64,000 bases of DNA from a virus (taxonomy: Duplodnaviria > Caudoviricetes), in IMG/VR virus record IMGVR_UViG_3300046171_000202, positions 1,225-65,224 of that record; one strand, given 5' to 3'. The stretch's first letter is position 1. Every line of letters starts with the position of its first letter. Shown here piece by piece: positions 40,801-48,479 of the stretch. Made by a program: the position numbers and the translations under genes. The notes under the pieces were generated by a model, which was not told the origin of the DNA, made no database searches, and saw nothing but the letters and a program-made list of their open reading frames with translations.

Positions 40801-43267
40801 ATTTGGTAACAAAAATATATTTATTCTAACTGCTAGACCAGTCGCTTCGGAAAGTGCTATACACGCGTTTATGAAAGGCTTAGGTATAGATATTCCACGC
40901 GCTAACATAACAGGACTTGCTAACAGTACAGCTCAAGCAAAGGCTGATTGGATGGTTGGCAAAGTTGCTGAAGGTTTTAACGACTTCTATTTCGTTGATG
41001 ACGCTATTAAAAATGTTCAAGCAGTTAAAGATGTTCTAGAGACTTTCGATGTTAAAAGCAAAGTTCAACAAGCTATAGCTCAAAGAAAGCGTAGTATGTC
41101 TTCTGATTTAAACGAAATGGTTGAGCGTAACAAAGGTGTTAGGGCTGAAACTACTTACTCCAAGGTATTAGCTAGAAAGAAAGGTGCTAAGAAAGGTAAG
41201 TTTAAGTTCTTTGTTCCTTATTCAGCTGAAGACTTTAAGGGTCTAACGTCATACACTCTAGCAGGTAAAGGTAAACAAGGAGAAGCTGATCAAAGATTTT
41301 TTGACCAAAACTTAATACTACCTTATACTAAAGGTATTGCGGCTATGGAAGGTGCTACTCAAGCGTTGAAAAATGATTATAAAAACTTACTTAATATGTT
41401 TGGTCTTAAAAAACAATTGCCTAGAAAAATAGGTGATACAGACTTTACTACAGACCAAGCCGTAAGAGTTTATTTGTGGGATAAACAAGGTTTTGAAATA
41501 CCTAATATATCTCAGCGTGACCAAAACAAGCTAAGTAGTCTTGTATCTAAAGACCCTGACTTAGTTGGCTTTGCAGAAGGTTTAATGGCTGTATCTAAAA
41601 AAGATCAGTGGGTTAATCCAAAAGATCATTGGGATGTTGGTAGTATACTAAAAGATCTTAATGATATAACTGACAACGTTAACAGAAAAGAGTATCTAGC
41701 CGAGTTTATCGAGAACGTTGATGAAATGTTCGATAAAACAACTTTAAATAAGTTAGAGGCTATTTATGGCACTAACTATGTAGATGCTTTACAAGACTCA
41801 ATACGTAGAATGAAGTCTGGTAGCAACACACCAAGGTCAGCTGGTAAGATAGAAAGAAAATGGTTGAACTGGGTAAATAACTCTGTAGGTACAATAATGT
41901 TCTTTAACAGAAGATCAGCGTTGCTTCAAATGTTATCATTCACTAACTTTATAAACTGGAGTGATAATAATCCTGCTAAGGCAGCTTTAGCTTTTAGTAA
42001 TCAGCCTTTATATTGGAAAAAGTGGGTTGAAATATTTAACTCTGATAAATTAAAAGAAAGACGTGGTGGTTTAAAATCAGATATACAAGAATCTGAAATA
42101 GCTAACCAAGCTAAGAACTCTAAAGATAAAGCTGCTGCAGTAGTTTCATATTTACTTAAGATAGGTTTTACACCAACGCAAGTAGCGGATAGTTTTGCTA
42201 TTGCAACTGGTGGTGCTACATTCTTAATAAATAGAACTAAGAAATACGAAAAGCAAGGGCTTTCAAAGAAAGAAGCTGAAGCAAAAGCATTTGAGGACTT
42301 CGGTAGAATATCAGATGAGACACAACAGTCTGGTGACCCAATGCTTATATCGCAGCAACAGTCTAGTCACTTAGGTCGTTTAATATTGGCTTTCCAAAAT
42401 ACACCTATGCAATACACTAGGTTAATGAAAAAAGCTGGTAAAGACATAATAAATAGAAGAGGTAGCGACGTAGAGAACTTAAGTAAAATAGCTTACTATG
42501 GCTTTGTACAAAACTTAATATTCTCTTCTTTGCAGTCTGCTTTATTTGCATTAATACCTGGTTTTGATGATGAAGAAGAAGACGATGCCAAACTTGAAGA
42601 TAAAGCTATAAGAACTGCAAACAGCATGGTTGACACTATATTAAGAGGCAGTGGGCTAGCTGGTGCAGTAGTATCTACACTTAAAAACGCTATAATGCGT
42701 TATAAGAAGGAAGATAAAAAAGCACAAGAAAGATATGGAGGAGGTGATCAAACCTATACTATGTTGGAACTTGCAAACATATCTCCACCAATAGGATCTA
42801 AGCTTAGAAAAATATATTCTGCAATACAAACTAAAAAGTTTAATCAAGCGGTTATAGATGAAATGGGTTACGATTTAACAGTTTTTGGTAGGTTTAATCC
42901 TTCACCTAACTACGAAATAATAGCAAATATAACTTCTGCTGTAGGAAACCTACCGTTAGATAGATTACTATCAGAGATTAAATCTATTAATGAAGCTTTT
43001 GATAGCAGAAATACGTCATACCAAAGGTTAGCTTTAGCTTTAGGTTGGAGAACTTGGGATGTTAATGTTAAAAACGAAGAGCAAGATTTAATTAAATCTG
43101 TAGCTAAAGCAAGAAAAAAAGAAGCTTCTAAACAAAAAGCTAAAGACAAAAGAAAAGCAAAAAGTTTAGATAAAAAAATAAAAAAAGAAGAAGAAAAAAA
43201 GAAAGCGATAAAAGATAAAAAAAACCCTGATTACGAGTTGCTAAAAATAATTAGATCAATAAATTAG
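34859..43267 (+). CDS. Giant (2802 aa) multidomain internal virion/polyvalent protein with membrane-like segments, a HExxH zincin motif and a HAD-like domain
   Basis: Gly/Ala hydrophobic stretches around 36200-36800; HEVGH at 37616-37630; HAD motifs VYDFDDT (DFDDT at 40595-40609), ILTAR and FVDD. Confidence 0.7.
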   Translation: MFETEDGVIDFNSLSEMEQLAFKAKYPNAKEISAAPTGEDETTSYDQSLLNAIRSVGSSEGKYDKYREKGIVRKPEDVELTKYVGHVSLMDAGSTRPRQIIKKEVLSKEYTADIEVELEDGSKIYLTPNEVNDPDINPTLNSKESEIKNKYYLEDGTTNRDIFNKKTQTKVISRPNFEGSTRIESTIKEEEVTPYEEEIKDTYNLLKELGKGSDKIPEKYRDWEGENPPIELVQDYVADLKYRQEIAKARKEEYDKAVSTFTKDEQEATRIQVEKRKERAESFLDKPEIKDLNIRLESYQNDPRYIQNLKIAKKFENGETLTQGEIKQYQNNAVELNEIDSKIHEDYEKYSLAIEEVSDSAEELDLLKRDYSLLNKFGFNAASTLSGLSFGLLEYLAPLSGMPGSNEIMEQMSIKRRKELEEAREKYRPDVAFEDAFSSLDNFGRFITEETGRQLPIFALIAASGGAATALGATSLGAGAVSGITLGTMSAGQQIGDMTYEEFLSKYNDIKAYGRNLEYNDKEYSDLNKFLVGTGFGAAEGLLGAAPTFILGSRFFNNATKSFIKAGEKGLLAKIPTTTFQKALNFGKPFAKEFVIGSAEEAITEGLTTLTQNIITRNSNIFEGVGHAAFSGGFFGGALGGGSVAMGSALSMSMNTAERAQIQDLLNQKQDILKQLSSLDGRTKGALALKNRAESIEKEISDKMLTAEKAWLSKMSKPNFEAYTKTLDAQARLRQQAFDIKNDETLSKAEKKKEIDLLAIDYQVLQGQIEAFRNPLDYANKYHLLKTTDEARYNEINKEASDKLSSEGVDLTKEKIDKEAYEIYLNQELESSKKSANKALKNLKLKHNKFNFKTEKDAIAEANKILKQENLDDLTKSFWKDVINNPGRINGQAANINGTYTYITIDETALKNERSGTATHEVGHIVFWDLLRRAREEGGKSDIALDFDSMAKDIEKYLKATHPEIHAEMFGKRDITQRVEEADGVLDSEEIVMGFVERIGRIDKNKKVTQTFLYRLGQIFNTKGNIPTDLSTQPAIVSFISSLAEKIKDGTLSKEQLDVAAKSDIFKSLVVKEKAKGTEDIKAKPETKKSLSILNTINNLVPKDVKTKAEFQGAKVFNPIYEATQPGGAIYNYVNSRALSREEAELMLEGIVDRLINYDPAAVRKTKSGEPITFGEFIFANTRFSKLDAKKQLAIESERRAESLDTEEARQVAEPVAETTTTEAPRVEYQNLVEASVLPADMVAKVKDKILLITKTLKSRIDAAVSINKTVTPLMSEIKKEIGKQADIEFKKMLGAKRGGELRNNFLKLKKPILENMTTTWLMQGMPFAIQKSVDGKFTSDWEGKKIDRESVGTDKAGRTSGAQLVRRLPNAANKITDEQFLTYMFKGDEVIRGRKEALAKALAEEYAFDTYGQELLNPSSEIRKAFEENQERLGTVLADNFVQEFNKQSERGNIKRSVSRLYDAAKNDATIIDNFIEGINTETFINRLVAEDGDLFRAIVGHFEENEIANLDGTKLKRIADQISSNALFNNYQFQIKSRDKKNVAIDLSLDITREIISPIEYKDIFAQAGIERKFDLKNLDLINEARLASKKLFDFLGEDDFIRGWYDGLQKPGGLAGFVPKKQPKGLILTLDEVELRPKGKSSRNGKYANTADIDNALGILTTKGKKRPVDQSRKNWFPGDAFNRLDNEGKINFVKDLYKEGAKDKEIYLKSLDFLANSVKDGSISLAAAEALIIGQFADMNGVGKAMASPRFVPVKNDGTIATIEELAEMGLAFDKDKLVLEHVITAKTMATNSVKYIINKDANVLKDIKTLLKDYDTAILPDKLDKILRERGTQEKMGIGYRPGDPIFDVRYKDLGIMFLDVKTGNFVGSLFSKTNPENANKNSNLDKAFKNAAKRSYSKNPKGISVYDFDDTLAFSKSQIIVKKDGKTFKINAAQFAKQGETLLAEGAEFDFSEFNKVVKGQPGPLIPRIQKAIDKFGNKNIFILTARPVASESAIHAFMKGLGIDIPRANITGLANSTAQAKADWMVGKVAEGFNDFYFVDDAIKNVQAVKDVLETFDVKSKVQQAIAQRKRSMSSDLNEMVERNKGVRAETTYSKVLARKKGAKKGKFKFFVPYSAEDFKGLTSYTLAGKGKQGEADQRFFDQNLILPYTKGIAAMEGATQALKNDYKNLLNMFGLKKQLPRKIGDTDFTTDQAVRVYLWDKQGFEIPNISQRDQNKLSSLVSKDPDLVGFAEGLMAVSKKDQWVNPKDHWDVGSILKDLNDITDNVNRKEYLAEFIENVDEMFDKTTLNKLEAIYGTNYVDALQDSIRRMKSGSNTPRSAGKIERKWLNWVNNSVGTIMFFNRRSALLQMLSFTNFINWSDNNPAKAALAFSNQPLYWKKWVEIFNSDKLKERRGGLKSDIQESEIANQAKNSKDKAAAVVSYLLKIGFTPTQVADSFAIATGGATFLINRTKKYEKQGLSKKEAEAKAFEDFGRISDETQQSGDPMLISQQQSSHLGRLILAFQNTPMQYTRLMKKAGKDIINRRGSDVENLSKIAYYGFVQNLIFSSLQSALFALIPGFDDEEEDDAKLEDKAIRTANSMVDTILRGSGLAGAVVSTLKNAIMRYKKEDKKAQERYGGGDQTYTMLELANISPPIGSKLRKIYSAIQTKKFNQAVIDEMGYDLTVFGRFNPSPNYEIIANITSAVGNLPLDRLLSEIKSINEAFDSRNTSYQRLALALGWRTWDVNVKNEEQDLIKSVAKARKKEASKQKAKDKRKAKSLDKKIKKEEEKKKAIKDKKNPDYELLKIIRSIN

Positions 43268-43317
43268 ATTTTAAATCAAACAAGTGATCTTACTAAGTAT
43301 ATACCTTATTTAAAAAA

Positions 43318-43467
43318 ATGACAAAAATTATCGCCATCCTTTTATTATTATTCTCTATGATACTTCTAGCTTCTTGCAAAAGAAAACCTTATGACTTAAA
43401 ACCTTATAGCATAAGTAGGAATATAGATTCAGCGTACTTAGATACGCTTTATAACGATACATTATGA
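43318..43467 (+). CDS. Small lipoprotein, 49 aa (MTKIIAILLLLFSMILLAS-CKRKPY…), possible o-spanin; not in the ORF track
   Basis: Signal peptide plus lipobox LLAS|C; ATGA overlap with the endolysin start. Confidence 0.6.
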   Translation: MTKIIAILLLLFSMILLASCKRKPYDLKPYSISRNIDSAYLDTLYNDTL

Positions 43468-43874
43468 GAGATATAAATAAAATAATAATACATTGCTCTG
43501 CAACTAGAGAAGGCCAAGCGTTTAGTGTTGACACCATAAAACAATGGCATTTAAATAGAGGGTGGTCGGATGTAGGCTATCATTATGTTGTTCACTTAGA
43601 TGGTAGTATATCTTACGGCAGAGACATAAACAAACGAGGCGCTCATACTAAAGGGCACAATACAGGTTCAATAGGTATATGCTATATCGGAGGCGTTGAG
43701 GATGATGGCAAAACACCTAAAGATACTAGAACACCTGAGCAAAAAGAAAGTTTATTAGAATTAATTAAAGTATTAAAAAAGTTAAACTCTAGCGCTGTAG
43801 TTCATGGCCATAGGGACTTTGCTGCAAAAGCATGCCCTAGCTTCGATGCTACAACTGAATATAAAGACATATGA
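43464..43874 (+). CDS. Endolysin, N-acetylmuramoyl-L-alanine amidase (T7 gp3.5-like, Amidase_2)
   Basis: IIIHCSAT, GWSDVGYHY, GAHTKGHN, SIGICYIGG and HRDFAAKACPSF zinc-amidase motifs. Confidence 0.93.
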   Translation: MRDINKIIIHCSATREGQAFSVDTIKQWHLNRGWSDVGYHYVVHLDGSISYGRDINKRGAHTKGHNTGSIGICYIGGVEDDGKTPKDTRTPEQKESLLELIKVLKKLNSSAVVHGHRDFAAKACPSFDATTEYKDI

Positions 43875-44281
43875 GATTTCAAGGATCAACTGGATATAAG
43901 CAATCAAATAACCCATTTACAAGCTCTTGCGGATGTATAGGCAAATGTAATTGTGGAGACAACTGTAGTTGTGGTATGTGCACTAAGTGTTCGCCATTAA
44001 AAAAAGCTGATCCGCGAAGAACTATAGGTAGAGGTAAAAACTTTAACAAAGCTAATCCTACTGGAACAGGTGCTGCTGCAGGTGGTGGCATGACTCAGAA
44101 AGGAGTAGATGAATATAAAAGAAATAATCCTGGTAGTAAGCTGAAAACAGCTGTAACTACTAAGCCAAGTAAATTAAAAAAGGGTAGCAAGGCTGCCAAA
44201 AGAAGAAAATCATTCTGTGCAAGATCAAAAGGCTGGACTGGAGAAAGAGGTCGAGCAGCTAGACGCAGATGGAACTGTTAA
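43871..44281 (+). CDS. Basic protein: Cys-rich leader, SPLK, then GGMTQKGV…RRKSFCARS…RRRWNC domain
   Basis: Translation; the C-terminal motif type is common in marine phage basic proteins. Confidence 0.7.
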   Translation: MRFQGSTGYKQSNNPFTSSCGCIGKCNCGDNCSCGMCTKCSPLKKADPRRTIGRGKNFNKANPTGTGAAAGGGMTQKGVDEYKRNNPGSKLKTAVTTKPSKLKKGSKAAKRRKSFCARSKGWTGERGRAARRRWNC

Positions 44282-44291
44282 TAATAAAACT

Positions 44292-44492
44292 ATGAATATT
44301 TATCAGAAATTAAAAGAAAGTGGTTATAATACTGATGGAGTATCTTCGCCATTAAAAGCAGCTATAAGTCCAGCTTGTAAAACTGCGGCTAAAAAGAAAT
44401 TTGACGTATGGCCAAGCGCTTACGCTTCCGGATGGGGTGTGAGATGTACAAAAGCTGGCGGACCTGGTAAAATGGGTAAAAAGAAGAGTTAA
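44292..44492 (+). CDS. Small basic protein (MNIYQKLKESGYNTDGVSSPLK…VWPSAYASG…); probable start 44292
   Basis: A-rich start context; leader shared with gene 4061; WPSAYASG motif. Confidence 0.7.
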   Translation: MNIYQKLKESGYNTDGVSSPLKAAISPACKTAAKKKFDVWPSAYASGWGVRCTKAGGPGKMGKKKS

Positions 44493-44496
44493 TGCC

Positions 44497-44811
44497 ATGA
44501 ATGAAATTACACAAATAATAATTACTGTAATAACAGTGTTGGGATCAGCATCGATATGGAAGTTTCTAGAAGCTAGATTAAAGGCTAAATACGAAACAAA
44601 GAAGATAAGACTACAAAATAACGACGGAGTGCAATATAGAGACGATTTGAAGAATAGAGTTAGAAACCTAGAGTCACTACTTGCGTCAAGCGCAAATGAG
44701 AAAGAGGAGTTAAGAGAGACCGTGCTCGAGCTAACCGAAGAAGTGTCTGCGCTACGTATCAAGGTTGAGTTCCTTGAAAAAGAAAACAAAAGACTTAAAG
44801 CTAAGGTATGA
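44497..44811 (+). CDS. N-terminal transmembrane helix plus coiled coil (holin or i-spanin candidate)
   Basis: IIITVITVLGSASIWKFL followed by long heptad repeats; near the endolysin. Confidence 0.55.
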   Translation: MNEITQIIITVITVLGSASIWKFLEARLKAKYETKKIRLQNNDGVQYRDDLKNRVRNLESLLASSANEKEELRETVLELTEEVSALRIKVEFLEKENKRLKAKV

Positions 44812-45104
44812 ACAAAAAAGTAAACTGGTTTATAGATATGAAACATAACTCACCTTTAAAAAAACAAAAAGGTGGAGGAACTACCAAGACTTGTTTACCA
44901 GCTTCTAAAATAAAAAGCATGAGCTCGGCAGAGAGACAAAAGCTAGTTAACGCTAAAAAATCTGCAGGATCAAAAGGAAAATATAGAAGATCATCTAAGA
45001 CTAACGTTAAAGGAGCTCGTAAGAAAGGAGCTACACTTAGGGATTGGTTTGAAAAGGAAGATTGGAGAAGAGTAGATGATCCAAGTAAGAAATGCGGAGA
45101 GTAA
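44808..45104 (+). CDS. Small basic protein (…HNSPLKKQKGGG…CLPASK…LRDWFEKEDW…KKCGE)
   Basis: Translation; SPLK follows a short leader. Confidence 0.7.
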   Translation: MNKKVNWFIDMKHNSPLKKQKGGGTTKTCLPASKIKSMSSAERQKLVNAKKSAGSKGKYRRSSKTNVKGARKKGATLRDWFEKEDWRRVDDPSKKCGE

Positions 45105-45105
45105 T

Positions 45106-45351
45106 ATGTCAGAAATGAATAACTTTTTACAAAAAAATTGGTCAATAGTGGTTTGGCTAGTCGCTGCTGTGTTTGCAGCAGGTAGTATATATGCAGAGTT
45201 TACTACTATAAAATCTGATCTAATATCTGTCAGAGGTAGATTAGATAAAAAAATAACCGTGATAGACGGTTTAGAAAAAAGAATAATCAACTTAGAAAAA
45301 GAAGTTGAATATGAAAAAGGATATTTACAAGGAAAAAAAGAGGGTAACTAA
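45106..45351 (+). CDS. Membrane-anchored coiled-coil protein (lysis-associated candidate); probable start 45106
   Basis: WSIVVWLVAAVFAAGSIYA hydrophobic helix followed by a coiled coil. Confidence 0.55.
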   Translation: MSEMNNFLQKNWSIVVWLVAAVFAAGSIYAEFTTIKSDLISVRGRLDKKITVIDGLEKRIINLEKEVEYEKGYLQGKKEGN

Positions 45352-45372
45352 AAGCTACCCTCTTTTCTTTTT
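45333..45372. terminator. Bidirectional intrinsic terminator where the two genome arms converge
   Basis: AAAAAAAGAGGGTA-actaaaagc-TACCCTCTTTTCTTTTT: stem flanked by an A-run and a T-run between convergent genes. Confidence 0.85.
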
Positions 45373-47069
45373 TAGCCATCACAAGCCATACAGTCTTCAC
45401 TTAGTGCTTTCTGAGCTATGTCACCACGCAGCACAGATTCAGTGCGCATGTAGTATAATGTTTTAATTCCACGTTTCCAAGCTTCCATATGGACTTTATT
45501 TATCCATTTTGGTGTAGCTTCTTTTGGAAAAGCTAAATTCAAACTAACACCTTGATCTATAAACTGCTGTCTTATTCCAGCTTGCTTTACTAGTTCTAGT
45601 TGGTTTATCTCTTTAAATGTTTTATAAACATCTTTTTCTTCATCTGTTAAGAAATCTAAGTCTTGTACAGAACCTCCATCTTCTAGTATTTTATTCCAAA
45701 CATCTTTATTATTCTTACCTTTTTTACGTAACAACTTTTCTAATGTTGGATTCTTTCTAATGAAAGTACCTTTGGCAGACTGCTCTGTAAATACATTAGC
45801 AGCCCAAGGTTCAATACCAGGTGATACATTACCTGATAGCTTAGAGTTACTGACTGTTGGTGCTACAGCACGTAAGTGCGTATTGCGCAAACCAGTGCCG
45901 GCACACCAAAGTGGTTCACCATAAAGCTCAGCTAAATCCATACTAGCTCTTGTAGATTCAACCATCATAGTTGAGAATATTCTACGAGTTTCAAACTGTG
46001 CAGGCAGGCTTTCAAACGGTATATTATTTTCTTGTAAATAAGTATGCCAACCTAAAACGCCTAATCCTAATGCTCTACCTTTCTCAGCAGATCTAACTGC
46101 ATTTTCAAAACCGATCTTACCTTTTGCTTTCTGTATAAACTCTTCAAGTACTCCGTCTAAAAACCATATAGCATCGTATACTATATTGGTATCTTTCCAT
46201 TCGTTATACTTAGCTAAGTTTAAAGAAGACAAGCAGCACACAAAGCTATGTGACTCATCTGTATGTAACGTAATCTCGCTACATATATTAGTCATATGAA
46301 CTTTTAATCCGTTTTCTTTATATGCTTCTGGATTTGCTTTGTTTGTATTTCCTTTAAAGAGGATATACGGCTCGCCAGTTGCTTTTCGTTTTCTAATAAG
46401 TTTACTCCACTTAGTTCTAGCTTCTGGATCTCCGAGTTCAAGCTTTCGCATAAACTTGTCACCAACAACTGCGCATTGATGTAAGTTAAGGCTTTGTCTG
46501 TTAACATCCCCTTTAGGTTCTCGTATCTCAAGCCACTCTTCAAAATCTGCGTGGTCAATGTTAATGTTGACTGAAGCAGCTCCTCTTCGAACTGCTCCTT
46601 GGTTTGTAGCAAGGATTGTAGAATCATAGATCTTGCAGAAAGGGACAACTCCGTCTGATGTTCCATTTTGTTTTATTTTACTTCCGGCAGGTCTAATCAT
46701 ATTAACTCCGATACCAACTCCGCCGCCGTGTTTCGCGAGTAGCATCATCTCTAAATTTTTATTTCCTATATCATATATACTATCACCAACATCAATACCA
46801 AAACAACTGATCGGTAGACCACGTTCTGTGCCCGTGTTAGACAGCACTGGAGACGCTAGACAAAGCCAACCCTTCCATATATACTCATAAAATGTTTCGG
46901 TGAGTTCTGGACGTCCTAAACGCATTCCAACAGTCTTACAAACTCTCATGTAAGCATCAGCTGGGCTTTCACCAGGTAGCAAGTACTGGCCACCTATAGT
47001 TTTCTTATATACTTCGTTGTCACCCCAGTCAGGGTAATCAACGCCTTTTTTCCATTCTTTATTCCACAT
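45372..47069 (-). CDS. nrdA: Ribonucleotide reductase class Ia alpha subunit (short, no ATP cone)
   Basis: PISCF, GGGVG, TNICSEI, VCCLSSLN, AVAPTVSNS, KTLYY and C-terminal CMACDG. Confidence 0.95.
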   Translation of the reverse strand: MWNKEWKKGVDYPDWGDNEVYKKTIGGQYLLPGESPADAYMRVCKTVGMRLGRPELTETFYEYIWKGWLCLASPVLSNTGTERGLPISCFGIDVGDSIYDIGNKNLEMMLLAKHGGGVGIGVNMIRPAGSKIKQNGTSDGVVPFCKIYDSTILATNQGAVRRGAASVNINIDHADFEEWLEIREPKGDVNRQSLNLHQCAVVGDKFMRKLELGDPEARTKWSKLIRKRKATGEPYILFKGNTNKANPEAYKENGLKVHMTNICSEITLHTDESHSFVCCLSSLNLAKYNEWKDTNIVYDAIWFLDGVLEEFIQKAKGKIGFENAVRSAEKGRALGLGVLGWHTYLQENNIPFESLPAQFETRRIFSTMMVESTRASMDLAELYGEPLWCAGTGLRNTHLRAVAPTVSNSKLSGNVSPGIEPWAANVFTEQSAKGTFIRKNPTLEKLLRKKGKNNKDVWNKILEDGGSVQDLDFLTDEEKDVYKTFKEINQLELVKQAGIRQQFIDQGVSLNLAFPKEATPKWINKVHMEAWKRGIKTLYYMRTESVLRGDIAQKALSEDCMACDG

Positions 47070-47075
47070 AATTAA

Positions 47076-48036
47076 TTACCATATATCTTCAAAATCTTCA
47101 CCTTCATTAGCTTTAGAATAATCTGTAGGTCTCATAGCAAAAAAGTCTGTATGAGTGACACCACCTGTTAAGTGGTAGAACCAATCAAGGTTGTCTGCAG
47201 CTTCTTGCGAATAAGTAAATGTTGGATCGTAACCTAGTTCTTGTAGTTTTTCGTTAGCTCTTTTTCTAACAAACTGCTTTAAGTCTTCAGACTTTAGGTT
47301 TTCTATATCACCCATCTCAAACATTTTATCTATATATTTCTCTTCAAGCTCAACCATTGTTTCCGCTGCCTTATGTATATCATCTTGGCACTCATCTCTA
47401 AGAGTAGGTATTTCATCGCACATGTGATTAAATAACTTACAACCCATACGTGAATGTAAGCTTTCGTCTCTTACAGACCATTTCATTTGCTGGCCAATAC
47501 CTTTTAGTAGGTTGCGAAGTTGAAAGCTGTATAGCACTGCAAAAGCAGAGTACAACGAAACGCCTTCTGCAAACGCACTGAATATAGCTAGCGACTTACC
47601 AATACCTACAGGATCATTACCATCGTATGCTACTAAGTTTTCAAATCGTTCAGCTGTTGCTGGCTCGTGTAAAAATGCTTCAAAGTCTTCAAGCCCTAGA
47701 GTTTCGATTAAGGTAACTATAAGCTACAGCGTGTATTGTTTCTTGCGATCCAAACATCATAGCCATTTGCTGTATTTCGTGCTTAGGAAACCAACCAACA
47801 ACTTTTTGCGTCCAATAGTCAGACACAGCACATTCAGTCTGAGCAAAACCCAGCAGGATATTTCCCACTAGGTTTTTCTCTTTATCAGTTAGTTTTTCGT
47901 TCCAGTCTTTTACATCACCCGACATAGGTATTTCTGTATGTAACCAAAACGCTTGAGCTTGTTTCAACCAACCCTCAGTATAATACTCAGGGTACTCAAA
48001 TGGTTTGTATGCAATTCTTTCTTTAAATAAACTCAT
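47076..48036 (-). CDS. nrdB: Ribonucleotide reductase beta subunit, with one apparent +1 frameshift at about 47706
   Basis: QAFWLHTE, QETIHAVAY, AEGVSLYS, RDESLH and TDFF; removing one base restores YLNETLGLEDFEAFLHEP. Confidence 0.9.
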
Positions 48037-48167
48037 CTACCTTGTCCTCTGTATTTTTTTATATAATGTTTACTGTTTTTACTTCTTGATGTTTTAGTTT
48101 TTGCGTGAACACCAGGTCTTTTTGTTTTTGTTTTCTTTAAATAAGAAGATACTACTAATCTAGCCAT
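48033..48167 (-). CDS. Small very basic peptide ending KKYRGQGR (44 aa)
   Basis: Hand translation; ATGA overlap with the nrdB start. Confidence 0.65.
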   Translation of the reverse strand: MARLVVSSYLKKTKTKRPGVHAKTKTSRSKNSKHYIKKYRGQGR

Positions 48168-48321
48168 TTTCTTCGTCTTCTTCTATATTGTGATATACTT
48201 CTAAAGCTAGATCGATAAAAGGTACGTAAGCTACGTGCGTTGTTTTATCTTCTGATTCGTAAGATCTAAATCCTACTAATATTCCAGGGTATAACCCTAT
48301 ACTTAAACTCCAATTTTTCAT
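48160..48321 (-). CDS. Hypothetical protein, 53 aa (MKNWSLSIGLYPGILVGFRSY…)
   Basis: Hand translation; overlaps neighbours in operon fashion. Confidence 0.6.
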   Translation of the reverse strand: MKNWSLSIGLYPGILVGFRSYESEDKTTHVAYVPFIDLALEVYHNIEEDEENG

Positions 48322-48479
48322 ATGTTATATTTTTTACATTGTTCTATTAATTCATTCCATTTTATATAGCCGTGCGTATCCCATTTCCATTTTATCCATC
48401 GATCAAGTTGACGCTCGGCATATTTCTCTCTAGCTAGCTGTTTTTGCTGCTCAGTATTAAGTTTATTGTTTCGTCGCAT
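48318..48479 (-). CDS. Hypothetical protein, 53 aa (MRRNNKLN…WIKWKWDTHGYIKW…)
   Basis: Hand translation; fills the gap, ATGA coupling downstream. Confidence 0.5.
   Translation of the reverse strand: MRRNNKLNTEQQKQLAREKYAERQLDRWIKWKWDTHGYIKWNELIEQCKKYNI

Noticed and set aside
347-43149. Numerous - strand ORFs within the structural arm (for example 722-1207, 10813-11523, 38329-38814) and + strand ORFs within the replication arm
   Set aside because: They are antisense shadows of well-supported genes, with no motifs or start context
34859-43267. crAss-like virion RNA polymerase
   Set aside because: No DxDxD catalytic motif found; DFDDT fits HAD motif I together with LTAR and FVDD
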